From positions 525,056-589,055 of the forward strand of contig NZ_CAXXTL010000001.1 in NCBI RefSeq assembly GCF_963662935.2: DNA of 64,000 bases. The letters run 5' to 3'. Source of the DNA: an uncultured Desulfobulbus sp. Its GTDB lineage: Bacteria; Desulfobacterota; Desulfobulbia; Desulfobulbales; Desulfobulbaceae. Numbering within the stretch: position 1 is the stretch's first letter; each line of letters starts with the position of its first letter. This document shows positions 20,185 to 29,894 of this stretch, piece after piece. A program made the translations under genes and the position numbers. The notes under the pieces are model-generated. The model had not been told where the DNA came from, ran no database searches, and worked only from the letters and a program-made list of their open reading frames with translations.

Positions 20185-21321
20185 TTAAAAATGTATATTT
20201 TTGCATTTACTCGTCGAAACATCACCATTTTCGGGTCGTTCCCAGAAACTCCCTTGCCAATTGTCGCCCCAGTTATTTTCCGCAATCCAAGGTGGAAGGC
20301 TAAGCTGAAAATAGATGGCCAGCGCATATATGTATGGCTCGTAAAGTAGGCGTAATTCAAGCAGTTTACGGTCGGCCGCCTCCCCCTCCTTTAGTTTCTG
20401 CCCTTTGCTGGTCAGGAGAAATCGTAATTCTGCCAATTTATCAGGAGGCAGTCGCTCAGGATTCGGTTCAACCGGACAGGTCAGAAACACCAACGAAAGA
20501 TCAACAATGGCATGGCGGGCCATGGCAAAAGTGAGTTCTGCCTGACGTTCACAGGCCCCTTCTAATCCGACCATTATTAATGCACAGGTGTCTAAAATCG
20601 CAGTCAACGCTGCAAGCCACGACTGATTGTCATGCTGGGAACGGAAATAGGCGAGGACCGGATAGGATAGATGTCCTTCTAGCAATTCCGCCGACCAGTG
20701 TTCCCATTCGTACATGAGCTGCCGAAGTGCCTCTCTCCCTCGTTCGTAACTGTGCCGGCTGAGCATTTCTGAAGCAGTGGGAGGTGAACCGGCACGGGCA
20801 TCGAGAAGCGAGATACTTACCTCGCGACTAGCGAATGTTTGATTTAGGGCAGGTAGATAGCCAATTATTAAAGCGAGAAAGGCGAATCCCATTCCTGATT
20901 CGACGACCACTAGCAAGCGCGTTAAAGAGGAATGGGGAAGTACGTCTCCCAGGCCAAGGGTAAAAAAAGTGCTGCCGCTTAGGTAGAGGTCAGTGATAAA
21001 GCCGGCTTGCCCGTCCATGGTCAGCACTGCGGAGCCCAGGGCCCAGTGGATGAGGGCAAAGCCGCTGACCAGGACGACTGCCCAAATGCTAAGAAGTACC
21101 AAAAGCGAGAGCGGACCAAAGTAGCTCAACCATGTTTCTCGTTGTTGCAGAGGAATCAGGGCATTCACTATCCTTACCCAAGAGTACCAGCTATTCCTGT
21201 AGAATAGCCTGGTTAGGCGGAAGCGGCGAGTCACCCTGCGTGGTAGAATGATAGTCTCGAATCCCTCCCAAAGGACCATGACAATTAAAATAATGCCAAT
21301 TACGATTGGAACGAATTTCAT
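20185..21321 (-). CDS. Potassium channel family (Ion_trans_2) membrane protein
   Basis: Start MKFVPIV after GGAGG; pore-like LYLSGSTFFTLGLGDV; HLSYPVLAYFRSQH. The upstream extension in the track ORF runs into the IS. Confidence 0.8.
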   Translation of the reverse strand: MKFVPIVIGIILIVMVLWEGFETIILPRRVTRRFRLTRLFYRNSWYSWVRIVNALIPLQQRETWLSYFGPLSLLVLLSIWAVVLVSGFALIHWALGSAVLTMDGQAGFITDLYLSGSTFFTLGLGDVLPHSSLTRLLVVVESGMGFAFLALIIGYLPALNQTFASREVSISLLDARAGSPPTASEMLSRHSYERGREALRQLMYEWEHWSAELLEGHLSYPVLAYFRSQHDNQSWLAALTAILDTCALIMVGLEGACERQAELTFAMARHAIVDLSLVFLTCPVEPNPERLPPDKLAELRFLLTSKGQKLKEGEAADRKLLELRLLYEPYIYALAIYFQLSLPPWIAENNWGDNWQGSFWERPENGDVSTSKCKNIHF

Positions 21322-21380
21322 GCGAACCTCCGTTGGGTACGGTATCCCCTGTGGGGACGGGTGAAAATAATTTCCGTTAG

Positions 21381-22013
21381 GTAAACCCCCGGCTTTGCCG
21401 GGGGACAACAAAAGTTTGACGGTTCCGGCATAATAAAGAAGCCTCCTCTCACGTGGACCGCTCAAAGTCACGAGAAAGGAGGCTTCATGAACAACTTACA
21501 ATGTTTAAGCCACACGAAATGGGATTGCAAGTTCCATGTAGTGTGGATACCGAAATGCCGTCGGAAGATGCTTTACGGTCAACTTCGCAAGAATCTTGGA
21601 GATGTGTTCCATGACCTTGCCCGGCAGAAGGAGAGCCGGGTGTTGGAAGGGCATTTGCAATCCGATCATGTGCACATGCTGATTTCGATACCGCCGAAAT
21701 ATGCGGTATCGCAGATGGTTGGGTATATGAAAGGAAAAAGCGCGATCCATATAGCGCGGACCTACCTTGGCCAACGGAAGAACTATAGCGGCATGAGTTT
21801 TTGGGCACGGGGCTATTTTGTTTCAACTGTCGGTGCCGATGAAGAGGTTGTGCGGGCTTACATCCGCGAGCAAGAACAAGAAGACCATCGCGTCGAGCAA
21901 CTGCAACTATTCAGATAGTCGACCACCGAATGGTGGTCAGAGAATCTGTTGAATATACCGCTTTGAGCGGTTCACAATCTTTCAAGCCACCGGCTTTGCC
22001 GGTGGTCACTGAC
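21381..22013 (+). mobile_element. IS200/IS605-family element (tnpA only)
   Basis: Subterminal hairpins CCCCGGC-TTT-GCCGGGG (about 21386-21404) and CCACCGGC-TTT-GCCGGTGG (about 21987-22005) flank a Y1 transposase. Ends are approximate. Confidence 0.9.
21487..21918 (+). CDS. tnpA: IS200-family Y1 HUH transposase TnpA
   Basis: DHVHMLI (HUH), KGKS, FWARGYFVSTVG and YIREQ motifs. Confidence 0.96.
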   Translation: MNNLQCLSHTKWDCKFHVVWIPKCRRKMLYGQLRKNLGDVFHDLARQKESRVLEGHLQSDHVHMLISIPPKYAVSQMVGYMKGKSAIHIARTYLGQRKNYSGMSFWARGYFVSTVGADEEVVRAYIREQEQEDHRVEQLQLFR

Positions 22014-22098
22014 TAGTGCATCGTTTCAGAGGTTCACTGCCTGCCGCAAGCAATATGTTCGATTCTTTATCAAAAAGGGTAGGTGGAGTTTGTCAGGA

Positions 22099-22569
22099 TT
22101 ACAAAGGATTATTTTTTCTTTTTTGAATCAAAACATATGCGACAATGCCAACCACAATTAAGTTTGCAACGAGTGCAAAAATCCTCACGAACGAGACCTT
22201 GAGGTATATTTCGTAAATTTCAAACGGAAAATAGATCGTTCCGCTCACTACGGCTAGCCATTCCGCCCACACCCTCTCTTTCCATAAGCCATACCCTTCA
22301 ACAAAACGAAAGGCCGCATAGATCAAAGCCAAACAACCAAAAAACCATAATTTTTGGTCAGTTATATTATCTGCCAAATCGATAAATACAGTCGGATACT
22401 TTTGCGTAGGGTGCAAATGTACTTTTAAAATGAATTCGTAGGCAATTTTATGAGCATCTTTATGTAAGAGCCGGAGGAGTCCAAAACCAACCGCTAAAAC
22501 CAAAGCTCCTTTGACCGCCTCAAAGATTGCGACAGTGTGAATACTTTTTCGTAAATGTAGTGAAGTCAC
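22099..22569 (-). CDS. DUF2127-like membrane protein
   Basis: AIFEAVKG, EGYGLW...WAEWL and PFEIYE motifs; several TM segments. Confidence 0.75.
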   Translation of the reverse strand: MTSLHLRKSIHTVAIFEAVKGALVLAVGFGLLRLLHKDAHKIAYEFILKVHLHPTQKYPTVFIDLADNITDQKLWFFGCLALIYAAFRFVEGYGLWKERVWAEWLAVVSGTIYFPFEIYEIYLKVSFVRIFALVANLIVVGIVAYVLIQKRKNNPL

Positions 22570-22677
22570 TATTAGCTTATATTCCTCATAAAAGTGATTA
22601 TTTAATCAAACATAGCATCATTGCAAAGTGTAACGTGGAAAAAAGAATAACGTACCAAAAACAAAAGGATATTATTA

Positions 22678-23211
22678 ATGATTCCAGATAGTTTCAATCT
22701 TCATGAAAGGCCAGGGCCCTATGCGAACCCTTATCTCACAGGGATCTTGCTGGGGTTGGTTCTCTTGGCTTCATTCTTGATTCTTGGCGTAGGATTGGGC
22801 GCATCAGGAGGCATCGCGCGCATTGGTGCTTGGCTCTCCCTACACGTTTCAGCACCTCACACGCTTGGTAGCGAGTATTTCGGCAACTGGGGGGACAAGC
22901 CGTTGAGCTACTATCTAGTGTTCATGTTTGTCGGTACCTTTGTGGGAGCTTTGTTCTCAGCGTTTCTTAATAAACGTGTGAGCTTCCAGGTCGAACGAGG
23001 TGCCGCTGCTTCCATAAGCATCAGACTCTTGTACGCCCTTGCGGGAGGCGTGATCGTTGGCTTCGCAAGCCGTCTTGCCCGAGGATGCACTTCTGGTCAA
23101 GGACTCACAGGCGGCGCCTTGCTTCTCACTGGAAGTTTTGTGTTTCTATTGTGCATCTTTGTCAGCGGTTACGCCACCGCTTGGTTATTCAGGGGGCAAT
23201 GGAATGATTAA
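22678..23211 (+). CDS. YeeE/YedE sulfur-compound transporter family protein (first half)
   Basis: NPYLTG, GLGASGG and GFASRLARGCTSGQGL motifs. Confidence 0.85.
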   Translation: MIPDSFNLHERPGPYANPYLTGILLGLVLLASFLILGVGLGASGGIARIGAWLSLHVSAPHTLGSEYFGNWGDKPLSYYLVFMFVGTFVGALFSAFLNKRVSFQVERGAAASISIRLLYALAGGVIVGFASRLARGCTSGQGLTGGALLLTGSFVFLLCIFVSGYATAWLFRGQWND

Positions 23212-23884
23212 CACTCTCTACAACCTCGATACCCTCGGCACCTCCAGGGCCTTTTTCCTCGCACTACTCATCGGCTTAGGGTTCGGCTATGCACTTGAAC
23301 GGGCTGGTTTCAGCAGCTCACGCCGTTTGGCCGGTGTTTTCTATTTTACAGATATGGCTGTTGTAAAGGTGATGTTCACCGCGATCATCACTGCGATGCT
23401 GGGGCTCTCTTACCTGTTGGTTTTTGGATGGATACAACTTGATCAAATTTTTCTCATGCCGACTATTTACGGTGCGCAAATCGTTGGCGGCCTGCTTTTC
23501 GGTTTCGGATTTGCCATGGGCGGTTGGTGTCCTGGTACAGCTGCAGCAGGTCTTGCAGCAGGTAGGATCGACGCACTCGTCTTCCTGGTTGGCGCTATTG
23601 GTGGAAGCATTCTGTTCAATGAAATATTCCCTTCGATCCGATCATTGTACGACGCTGGAGATCAAGGGGTTCAAATGGCCTATGACACTGTGGGCATGTC
23701 GCGTAATTGGTTCATCCTTGTCTTTACGTTGGTCGCGGTAGCCTCATTCTGGCTTTCCGAGTGGGCTGAGAAGGTTCGTACCGGCCGGGGATCCTATTTG
23801 GGTTCACCATTCTTGATAATCTTCAGTTTGGTTTTTGTGGCGCTGGCGAGCTGCTTATATATTTTGATGCCAGTCTCCAACTGA
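23204..23884 (+). CDS. YeeE/YedE family protein (second half)
   Basis: GFGYALERAGF and GGLLFGFGFAMGGWCPGT; start overlaps the upstream gene. Confidence 0.85.
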   Translation: MINTLYNLDTLGTSRAFFLALLIGLGFGYALERAGFSSSRRLAGVFYFTDMAVVKVMFTAIITAMLGLSYLLVFGWIQLDQIFLMPTIYGAQIVGGLLFGFGFAMGGWCPGTAAAGLAAGRIDALVFLVGAIGGSILFNEIFPSIRSLYDAGDQGVQMAYDTVGMSRNWFILVFTLVAVASFWLSEWAEKVRTGRGSYLGSPFLIIFSLVFVALASCLYILMPVSN

Positions 23885-23948
23885 AGAGTGGTCGACAGAA
23901 ACTGATTAAAAACTTATTAAAATTATTTATACCTGGAGGTCGTGGAAT

Positions 23949-24410
23949 ATGAAATTGCCAAGCCAAATCGATAGGATTTCCCTCATTTTTTTGCTTACAT
24001 TACTCCTGCTAAGTGGGTTCGGTGGCATAGCCGCTGGCGAGTCACCGGTGAGTGATATAGCCATAAAAGGATATGATAGCGTCGCATATTTCCAGGCTGG
24101 CAAGGCCCTAAAAGGTAATGAGTCATTTACTTTCCAGTGGCATAATCTGACCTGGTATTTCCAGAGCAAAGAGAACAGGGATCTGTTTGCGACCGGTCCG
24201 GAGAGATTTGCCCCGCAATATGACGGGTATTGTGCCTGGGCCTTGACAGAGAAGCGGAAGGCCGTAACCGACCCGGAAGTTTGGAAGATCGTTGACGGGA
24301 AGCTTTACCTGAATTGCAGCATGGCAGCGTTTGAAAAATGGAGCAAAGATATTCCCGGTAACATCAAAAAAGCGGATGCGAACTGGCTAAAATTTAACAC
24401 CGGAAATTGA
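23949..24410 (+). CDS. Secreted YHS-domain family protein
   Basis: Signal peptide, AIKGYDSVAYF, PQYDGYCAW, WKIVDGKLYLN and ADANW. Confidence 0.85.
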   Translation: MKLPSQIDRISLIFLLTLLLLSGFGGIAAGESPVSDIAIKGYDSVAYFQAGKALKGNESFTFQWHNLTWYFQSKENRDLFATGPERFAPQYDGYCAWALTEKRKAVTDPEVWKIVDGKLYLNCSMAAFEKWSKDIPGNIKKADANWLKFNTGN

Positions 24411-24651
24411 TCGTATGATTTCCGCTGGCTATTTCGTTATTGGAAAGTTTTTGGCCATTGAAGACTTCGATTCTGATCATATGAAATGAAAGCATCTTTT
24501 GGTAAAATGCTCATAAATGTGTATTTTACAAAAACTACTAAACGACTTATTGGGCACTCAAGATTAATCCACACATTGAGCACAGCTATGAATCCGGTCA
24601 TTTGGAAGTGGACCGGTTAAGTCAGACAGGTCACTCTCGATTTAAAAATTT

Positions 24652-26748
24652 ATGAAAAATCGCATTCGACGGACCTTGGCAACCTTCCTGGTCCTTCTTT
24701 TTTTCACTACCGGTTTCGGAAGTGCGAAAGATATTCAGGAGGTTGACCAAAAGAGAAATCAGCTGATCGGCTATATGCTCGACAAAGAGCTTCCCGTCAT
24801 CCATTTCAGCCATAAGAAGATGGATGAGTCTCTGTCCATGGCGGCCTTTGACCTCTATTTGAAACAGTTGGATTACCAGAAAAGGTTTCTGTTGAGCAGC
24901 GATGTGACGGCATTGCGCTCTTTTGCCCTCTCTATACCTCATAATCTCGAACATGGATCCAATGTCCTGCCGGAAACAGGATACGATATCATGAAAGAGC
25001 AGATTGGCCAGGTTGAAAAGATGGTAGACCAGATCATCGCGGCTGGTTTTGATGTGAACAGTGATGAAGTTGATGAAACCGATCCGGAAAAGGTCGCCTA
25101 TGCCGTCAACCTGAGTGGTTTGAAGGAAAGGTGGCGCAAAATAATAAAAGCTCAGGTTATGCACAGGTACCTCGATCTTGCAGAGGACCAGAAAATAGCA
25201 GAGGAAAAACTACCTGATAACGAGCTATGGAAACAGGCAAAAGAAAAAGTAACCAAGGTAACTAAAGATTTTTTTTTCCGTCTGCACCAGGAGACCCTGC
25301 AGGATCATTATGATCGTTATTTCAATGCGATTGCCATGGCCTTCGATCCGCATACGAACTATTTTCCTCCCAATCAAAGAGAGGAGTTCGATATCGAGAT
25401 GCGCGGCAACCTGGAAGGGATAGGGGGGACTCTTCGTGAAGAGAACGGCTTTATCAAAGTAATAAATATCATCCCTGGAAGTCCTTCCGCTAAACAAGGC
25501 CTGCTCCAGGCCGGCGACACCATCCTCAAGGTGGCGGAAAAAGGTGCAGATCCGGTTGACATTACGAATATGCGTCTCGGCGACGCTGTACGGCTACTCC
25601 GTGGCCCCAAAGGAACAGAGGTCCGCCTGACGGTGAAAAAGCCGGACGGGAAAATTGAGGTCATTTCGATCATCAGGAATGTGGTTCAGATAGAAGCTAC
25701 CTTCGTCAAGGATGCGGTGATTGATGCTCCAGACGGTGGGAAAATCGGTTATATTTTAATCCCGAGTTTTTATCGGGACTTCGAAAAATCGAAAGGCAGA
25801 AATGATGCCAGAAATGCAACCGATGATACTCGTAATGCCATAGAAGATCTGAAAAAGACTAAACTCAAAGGAATTATCCTGGACCTGCGCAATAATGGCG
25901 GCGGTTCGCTCATTGATGCAGTTAAAATCGCCGGGCTGTTTATCAAGTCCGGGCCTGTTGTTCAGGTCAAGGACATCAAAGGAAAGATCCAGGTTCTGAA
26001 TGATAATGATGCGAGCATCGAATACAGCGGTCCGCTAGTCGTTCTGGTAAACCAATTTTCCGCGTCGGCCTCTGAAATAGTGGCTGCGGCCCTGCAGGAT
26101 TACAAGCGGGCTGTTATTGTCGGTGGCGAACACACGCATGGGAAAGGGACGGTGCAGGCTGTTTTGAATCTGAACAAAAATATACGAGCTTCAAACTCAA
26201 AAGAAATCAGCGATGTCGGGCAATTGACTGTAACTATTCAGAAATTCTACCGGATTACCGGAGGATCCACCCAGTACAAGGGGGTTGTGCCCGATATCGT
26301 TCTGCCGAGTTTGTTCCAGCATTTAAAATCAGGTGAAAAATATCTTGATTACTCTCTACCTTGGGATCAGATCGGGACGGTAAAGTTCACTCTTTTCAGC
26401 GGTAAACCAATTGATCTGGATATGATCAGAAAAAGGAGTCTGCAGAGGGTCAAAAATGATCCTGGGCTGCAGGCCATCGCCCAGGAAGCTGTAAAGGCGG
26501 ATGGACGAAGCAAACAGACCACGGTGTCGTTAAAGTTGGCAGACATGCGTCAGAGTATTGAGGAGGCTCATGAAGAGCAAAAAATTTTCAACACCCTGTT
26601 CCGTAATAATCAGACAGGACTATATGAGGACGAACAGTCTGAAATTGATGGAATAAGTGCGAAAAATGATGTTCCCAATTGGAAAGAGCGAATCAAACAG
26701 GATCCATATATAGGGGAAGCAAAACAAATCATTGTCGATATAAAATGA
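24652..26748 (+). CDS. prc: Tail-specific carboxy-terminal processing protease (Prc/Tsp, S41A)
   Basis: DPHTNY, LEGIGG (PDZ), LDLRNNGGG, SASASEI, HGKGTVQ and KFYRITGGSTQ. Confidence 0.92.
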   Translation: MKNRIRRTLATFLVLLFFTTGFGSAKDIQEVDQKRNQLIGYMLDKELPVIHFSHKKMDESLSMAAFDLYLKQLDYQKRFLLSSDVTALRSFALSIPHNLEHGSNVLPETGYDIMKEQIGQVEKMVDQIIAAGFDVNSDEVDETDPEKVAYAVNLSGLKERWRKIIKAQVMHRYLDLAEDQKIAEEKLPDNELWKQAKEKVTKVTKDFFFRLHQETLQDHYDRYFNAIAMAFDPHTNYFPPNQREEFDIEMRGNLEGIGGTLREENGFIKVINIIPGSPSAKQGLLQAGDTILKVAEKGADPVDITNMRLGDAVRLLRGPKGTEVRLTVKKPDGKIEVISIIRNVVQIEATFVKDAVIDAPDGGKIGYILIPSFYRDFEKSKGRNDARNATDDTRNAIEDLKKTKLKGIILDLRNNGGGSLIDAVKIAGLFIKSGPVVQVKDIKGKIQVLNDNDASIEYSGPLVVLVNQFSASASEIVAAALQDYKRAVIVGGEHTHGKGTVQAVLNLNKNIRASNSKEISDVGQLTVTIQKFYRITGGSTQYKGVVPDIVLPSLFQHLKSGEKYLDYSLPWDQIGTVKFTLFSGKPIDLDMIRKRSLQRVKNDPGLQAIAQEAVKADGRSKQTTVSLKLADMRQSIEEAHEEQKIFNTLFRNNQTGLYEDEQSEIDGISAKNDVPNWKERIKQDPYIGEAKQIIVDIK

Positions 26749-26750
26749 TA

Positions 26751-27105
26751 TGAGATAGTTTCGACTTGCCCTGACACCTCACTTGAAAAGATGAGGGTTA
26801 CCAGTTTTGATAATGGTGCGAACCAACCATCAAAACAAATGGAGGCAACCCTCATGCTCAATGGTAACGAACGCATCGTAAAACACAAGATTGGATTACT
26901 CAATCTGGCGGAAGAACTCTCCAATGTCTCAAGGGCCTGTAATATCATGGGGCTTTCCAGAGACACCTTCTATCGCTACAGAGCGGCTGCCGGTAACGGT
27001 GGAATCGATGCGCTGATCGATAAGAGCCGTCGCAAGCCCAACATCAAAAACCGCGTCGAAGAGATGACGGAAGCGGCTGTGATTGCCTATGCAGTCGAAC
27101 AGCCT
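26751..27105 (+). mobile_element. IS481-family remnant (left end and N-terminal HTH of the transposase)
   Basis: End-like sequence TGAGATAGTTTCGACTTGCCCTGACA, then ML...IVKHKIGLLNLAEELSNVSRACNIMGLSRDTFYRY...EQP, truncated at about 27105. Confidence 0.8.
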
Positions 27106-27433
27106 CCTGGCAAGAGGCTTCAGGGTCTCACTGGTTACCGCATATTCACACTGTTCGACGTGCCATGCTCTCAGACCCCGGGAAAGCGAAATCAGGCTCG
27201 CCATATCGTCGATTTCATATTGATTTCCGCGTTTGCAACCACTTCATCCTACCAAACTTGAGCATTTCGGGGCTCAATCACTTCAACCTTACGGCTTTCG
27301 GCCTGTCGTTTGGCTGCCCTACGTTTAACCGTTTCAGTTACACTCAACGGTCCAAGGCTCGCTAACCGATGTCTGCTAGACTTTCCGGGAGTGCTTCGCA
27401 CCCGTTAGAATATGCGGCCTTGCCCGGCCGCAC
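27106..27433 (-). mobile_element. Group II intron 5' remnant (domain I fragment, no RT)
   Basis: Minus strand starts GTGCGGCCGGGCAAGGCCG (GUGYG 5' splice motif) and contains GAAGTGATTGAGCCC, GGGGTCTGAGAGCATGGCACG and AACCAGTGAGACCCT, which resemble conserved DI segments. Confidence 0.65.
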
Positions 27434-27461
27434 TGCAAGCGGCTCGACGGAATAGATCGTA

Positions 27462-27598
27462 TTTAACCACTGTGGTTAAATCTAACCAATATTTAAGATT
27501 GTCTAATGAGAAGTTAAAGGGTGATTGCATAAAATTATAATTAAAAACAAATGGTTGAATGATAAAAAATGAGTTTCATGACCTGGTTCGGAGATTGC
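27462..27598 (+). promoter_or_regulatory. Putative sigma-54 promoter with upstream palindromic activator site
   Basis: TGGTTCG-GAGA-TTGC at 27584-27598 (GG-N10-GC); perfect palindrome TTTAACCAC-T-GTGGTTAAA about 110 bp upstream with an AT-rich spacer. Confidence 0.6.
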
Positions 27599-27658
27599 TC
27601 TTGATAAAAGCAAGCCTTGGATGGAAACACCAGCAATTCTCTACCGGAGATATCATCA

Positions 27659-27901
27659 ATGAAAGATGCATTGATAAAAGAGCGAGACATTTTTTCCCCT
27701 GGATCAGCAATGGTGCATAAAGATTTTGCAGAGGAATTCTCTGCCGGGGTTTGCCCCCATTGTGGTGGCTACCCCTCTTTTGACAAAGACGCTATGGACA
27801 AGGATTCTCGAAAGGCAATCGCTCCCGAGTGTTCTACCTGCAATTGTGAAAGATATGCATCGAGGATTGGCAAAAGCGCTGACCGGCATGGACTCGTTTA
27901 A
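27659..27901 (+). CDS. Small Cys-rich hypothetical protein (CPHC...CSTC)
   Basis: ATG 27659 after GGAGA; two CxxC motifs; first ORF after the sigma-54-like promoter. Confidence 0.4.
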   Translation: MKDALIKERDIFSPGSAMVHKDFAEEFSAGVCPHCGGYPSFDKDAMDKDSRKAIAPECSTCNCERYASRIGKSADRHGLV

Positions 27902-28087
27902 ACCGCGAACTGTCATGGGCAGAGGGTTAGATGACAAGTGACGCTCAGATAAGCGGAATCAAAAATTGTACCAATCGAGGGTGAGAAAAAGGTCCGCCTT
28001 GAGGTCTGCCGAGCCTCCACATCCTTTTGCAAACGGCTTGGATGTCCACTTCCAGTCAAGGCCGAACACCATTCATTGGAAGGGCGC

Positions 28088-28753
28088 ATGAATATATTGC
28101 AGACAATTGTCTTCGACTTTGACCACACCCTGACGCCTTGGGATTCTTCTGAACGTTTTTTTCGCTGGCTCCTGAAACGCAGTCCATGGAGAATAGCGCT
28201 CGTCATGGCTGCAAGCCCATTCCTCGCCCCGCTTTTGTTGGGCAAAAACACGCGCAACCTGCCGGTTAAATTCGCTGTGTGGACGGCAACTTTGGGGCGG
28301 TCCGGCGATGCTGTCAGTGCATTGGTGAGAGAACATGTCACTGAGATTATTGCTCGGCAGCAGCCGCTGGTTATGCAGGATGCGATTCGCCAATTGAATC
28401 ATCATCTTGCGCGGGGACATCGAGTTGTTGTCGCCACCGGCTCGCTCGAAGCGCTGGCCCGTGAATTGCTCGACCAAAGCGGCCTTGCCCATATCCCCTT
28501 GGTGGGGTCGTCGCTCAAGCCGTTTCTCAGGGGCATGGTGGCCAATGAGCATTGTTATGGGCATCGCAAAATCATGATGCTCACAGAGCGGGGTTATCCG
28601 CCCCCTTGGGTTGCGACCTACACTGACCATGAATGCGATTTACCCGTGATGAGACAGAGTGCAGCGTGTTTTCTGGTGAACCCACGCCCGAAGGCTATCC
28701 GGATCATTTCGGACGAGCTTTCCATTTTACCCGAGGTGCTTTCGTGGCGGTAA
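28088..28753 (+). CDS. HAD-IB family phosphatase (PgpC/YfhB-like)
   Basis: VFDFDHTL (motif I), VATGS, conserved K and YTDHECDLP. Confidence 0.85.
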   Translation: MNILQTIVFDFDHTLTPWDSSERFFRWLLKRSPWRIALVMAASPFLAPLLLGKNTRNLPVKFAVWTATLGRSGDAVSALVREHVTEIIARQQPLVMQDAIRQLNHHLARGHRVVVATGSLEALARELLDQSGLAHIPLVGSSLKPFLRGMVANEHCYGHRKIMMLTERGYPPPWVATYTDHECDLPVMRQSAACFLVNPRPKAIRIISDELSILPEVLSWR

Positions 28754-28805
28754 GCGGCATCACTCTCCGGCATGGCGCTCTACTCAGCGGTGATGAAGGG
28801 TGCGA

Positions 28806-29762
28806 ATGAAAAAAATACTATTCATCTGCGGGTCGATGAATCAAACAACGCAAATGCACCAGATTTCCAAGCACCTTCCCGACTACGAGCACACTTTTTC
28901 GCCTTTTTACTGCCATGGGTTTGACGAGATGCTGCGCAAATTCGGCCTGATCGAATTCACGATCGCCGGGAACAAAATGGCGGAACGCTGCCGGGCCTAT
29001 CTTCAGAATCACGGCCTTGCCATCGATTACCAGGGAAAAAAACAGCCCTATGACCTGGTGGTGACCTGCACAGACGTTTATCTGCAGAAAAACATTCGCG
29101 ACAACCGGATCGTTCTGGTCCAAGAAGGGATTATCGACCAGGAATCCCTCATGTTTCAACTCGTTAAGCGTCTCCGGTTTCTTCCGAGGTGGATGGCGGA
29201 CACGGCAATGACGGGTCTCAGCAATGTATACCAGGCCTTTTGTGTGGCCAGTGAGGGCTATCGCGACTTCTTCATCCAACGAGGCGCGCGGCCCGAGAAA
29301 ATCGTGGTGACTGGCATACCCAATTTCGATAATTGCCGGCAATATTGCGCGAACGATTTTCCTTACCACCACTATGTGCTGGCCTGCACGTCCAATTACA
29401 GGGAACTGTTTCGGTACGAGGACCGCGAGGCCTTCATTCGAAGGGCGGTGGGGATTGCTGGGGGGAGGCAGCTTATCTTCAAGCTGCACCCGAACGAAAA
29501 TATCGAGCGCGCCACCCGGGAAATACGAACGCACGCGTCGGCAGCCATGGTGCTGACGAAGGGGAGCGCGGAAGAAATGATCGCGAACTGCGATGCCCTG
29601 ATTACTCGTTTTTCGTCAACCGCCTTTGTCGGCGTTGCGTTGGGGAAGGAGACCTACTCCGACTTTGATATGGTCACCTTGACCCGCCTGATGCCTCTGC
29701 AGAATGACTCGGCAGCCTTGAACATCGCCACCGTCTGCCGCCGGGTTCTTGAAGAGAATTGA
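28806..29762 (+). CDS. GT-B fold protein (glycosyl/phosphotransferase- or UDP-GlcNAc 2-epimerase-like)
   Basis: IVLVQEG, KIVVTGIPNFD, FKLHPNE and CDALITRFSS are typical of GT-B superfamily members; the substrate cannot be read from sequence. Confidence 0.65.
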   Translation: MKKILFICGSMNQTTQMHQISKHLPDYEHTFSPFYCHGFDEMLRKFGLIEFTIAGNKMAERCRAYLQNHGLAIDYQGKKQPYDLVVTCTDVYLQKNIRDNRIVLVQEGIIDQESLMFQLVKRLRFLPRWMADTAMTGLSNVYQAFCVASEGYRDFFIQRGARPEKIVVTGIPNFDNCRQYCANDFPYHHYVLACTSNYRELFRYEDREAFIRRAVGIAGGRQLIFKLHPNENIERATREIRTHASAAMVLTKGSAEEMIANCDALITRFSSTAFVGVALGKETYSDFDMVTLTRLMPLQNDSAALNIATVCRRVLEEN

Positions 29763-29894
29763 CGGCTGCTCAAGGTCCCTTACCGATAAGATTTGCTGGC
29801 TGTTAGAGCCTCTGGCTCTTTGATATGTAAGGGGTTGTATGTTGGAGAAGACTTGAGGCACTCCATTGCTTGTCATCCATCGAGGAAAGGAACA

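Noticed and set aside
21322-21471. N-terminal extension of the channel ORF in the track
   Set aside because: It runs through the IS200 left hairpin; a better ATG with RBS is at 21321.
24589-24625. Sequence resembling a solo IS3-type terminal repeat upstream of prc
   Set aside because: Too short, with no partner end or transposase to support it.
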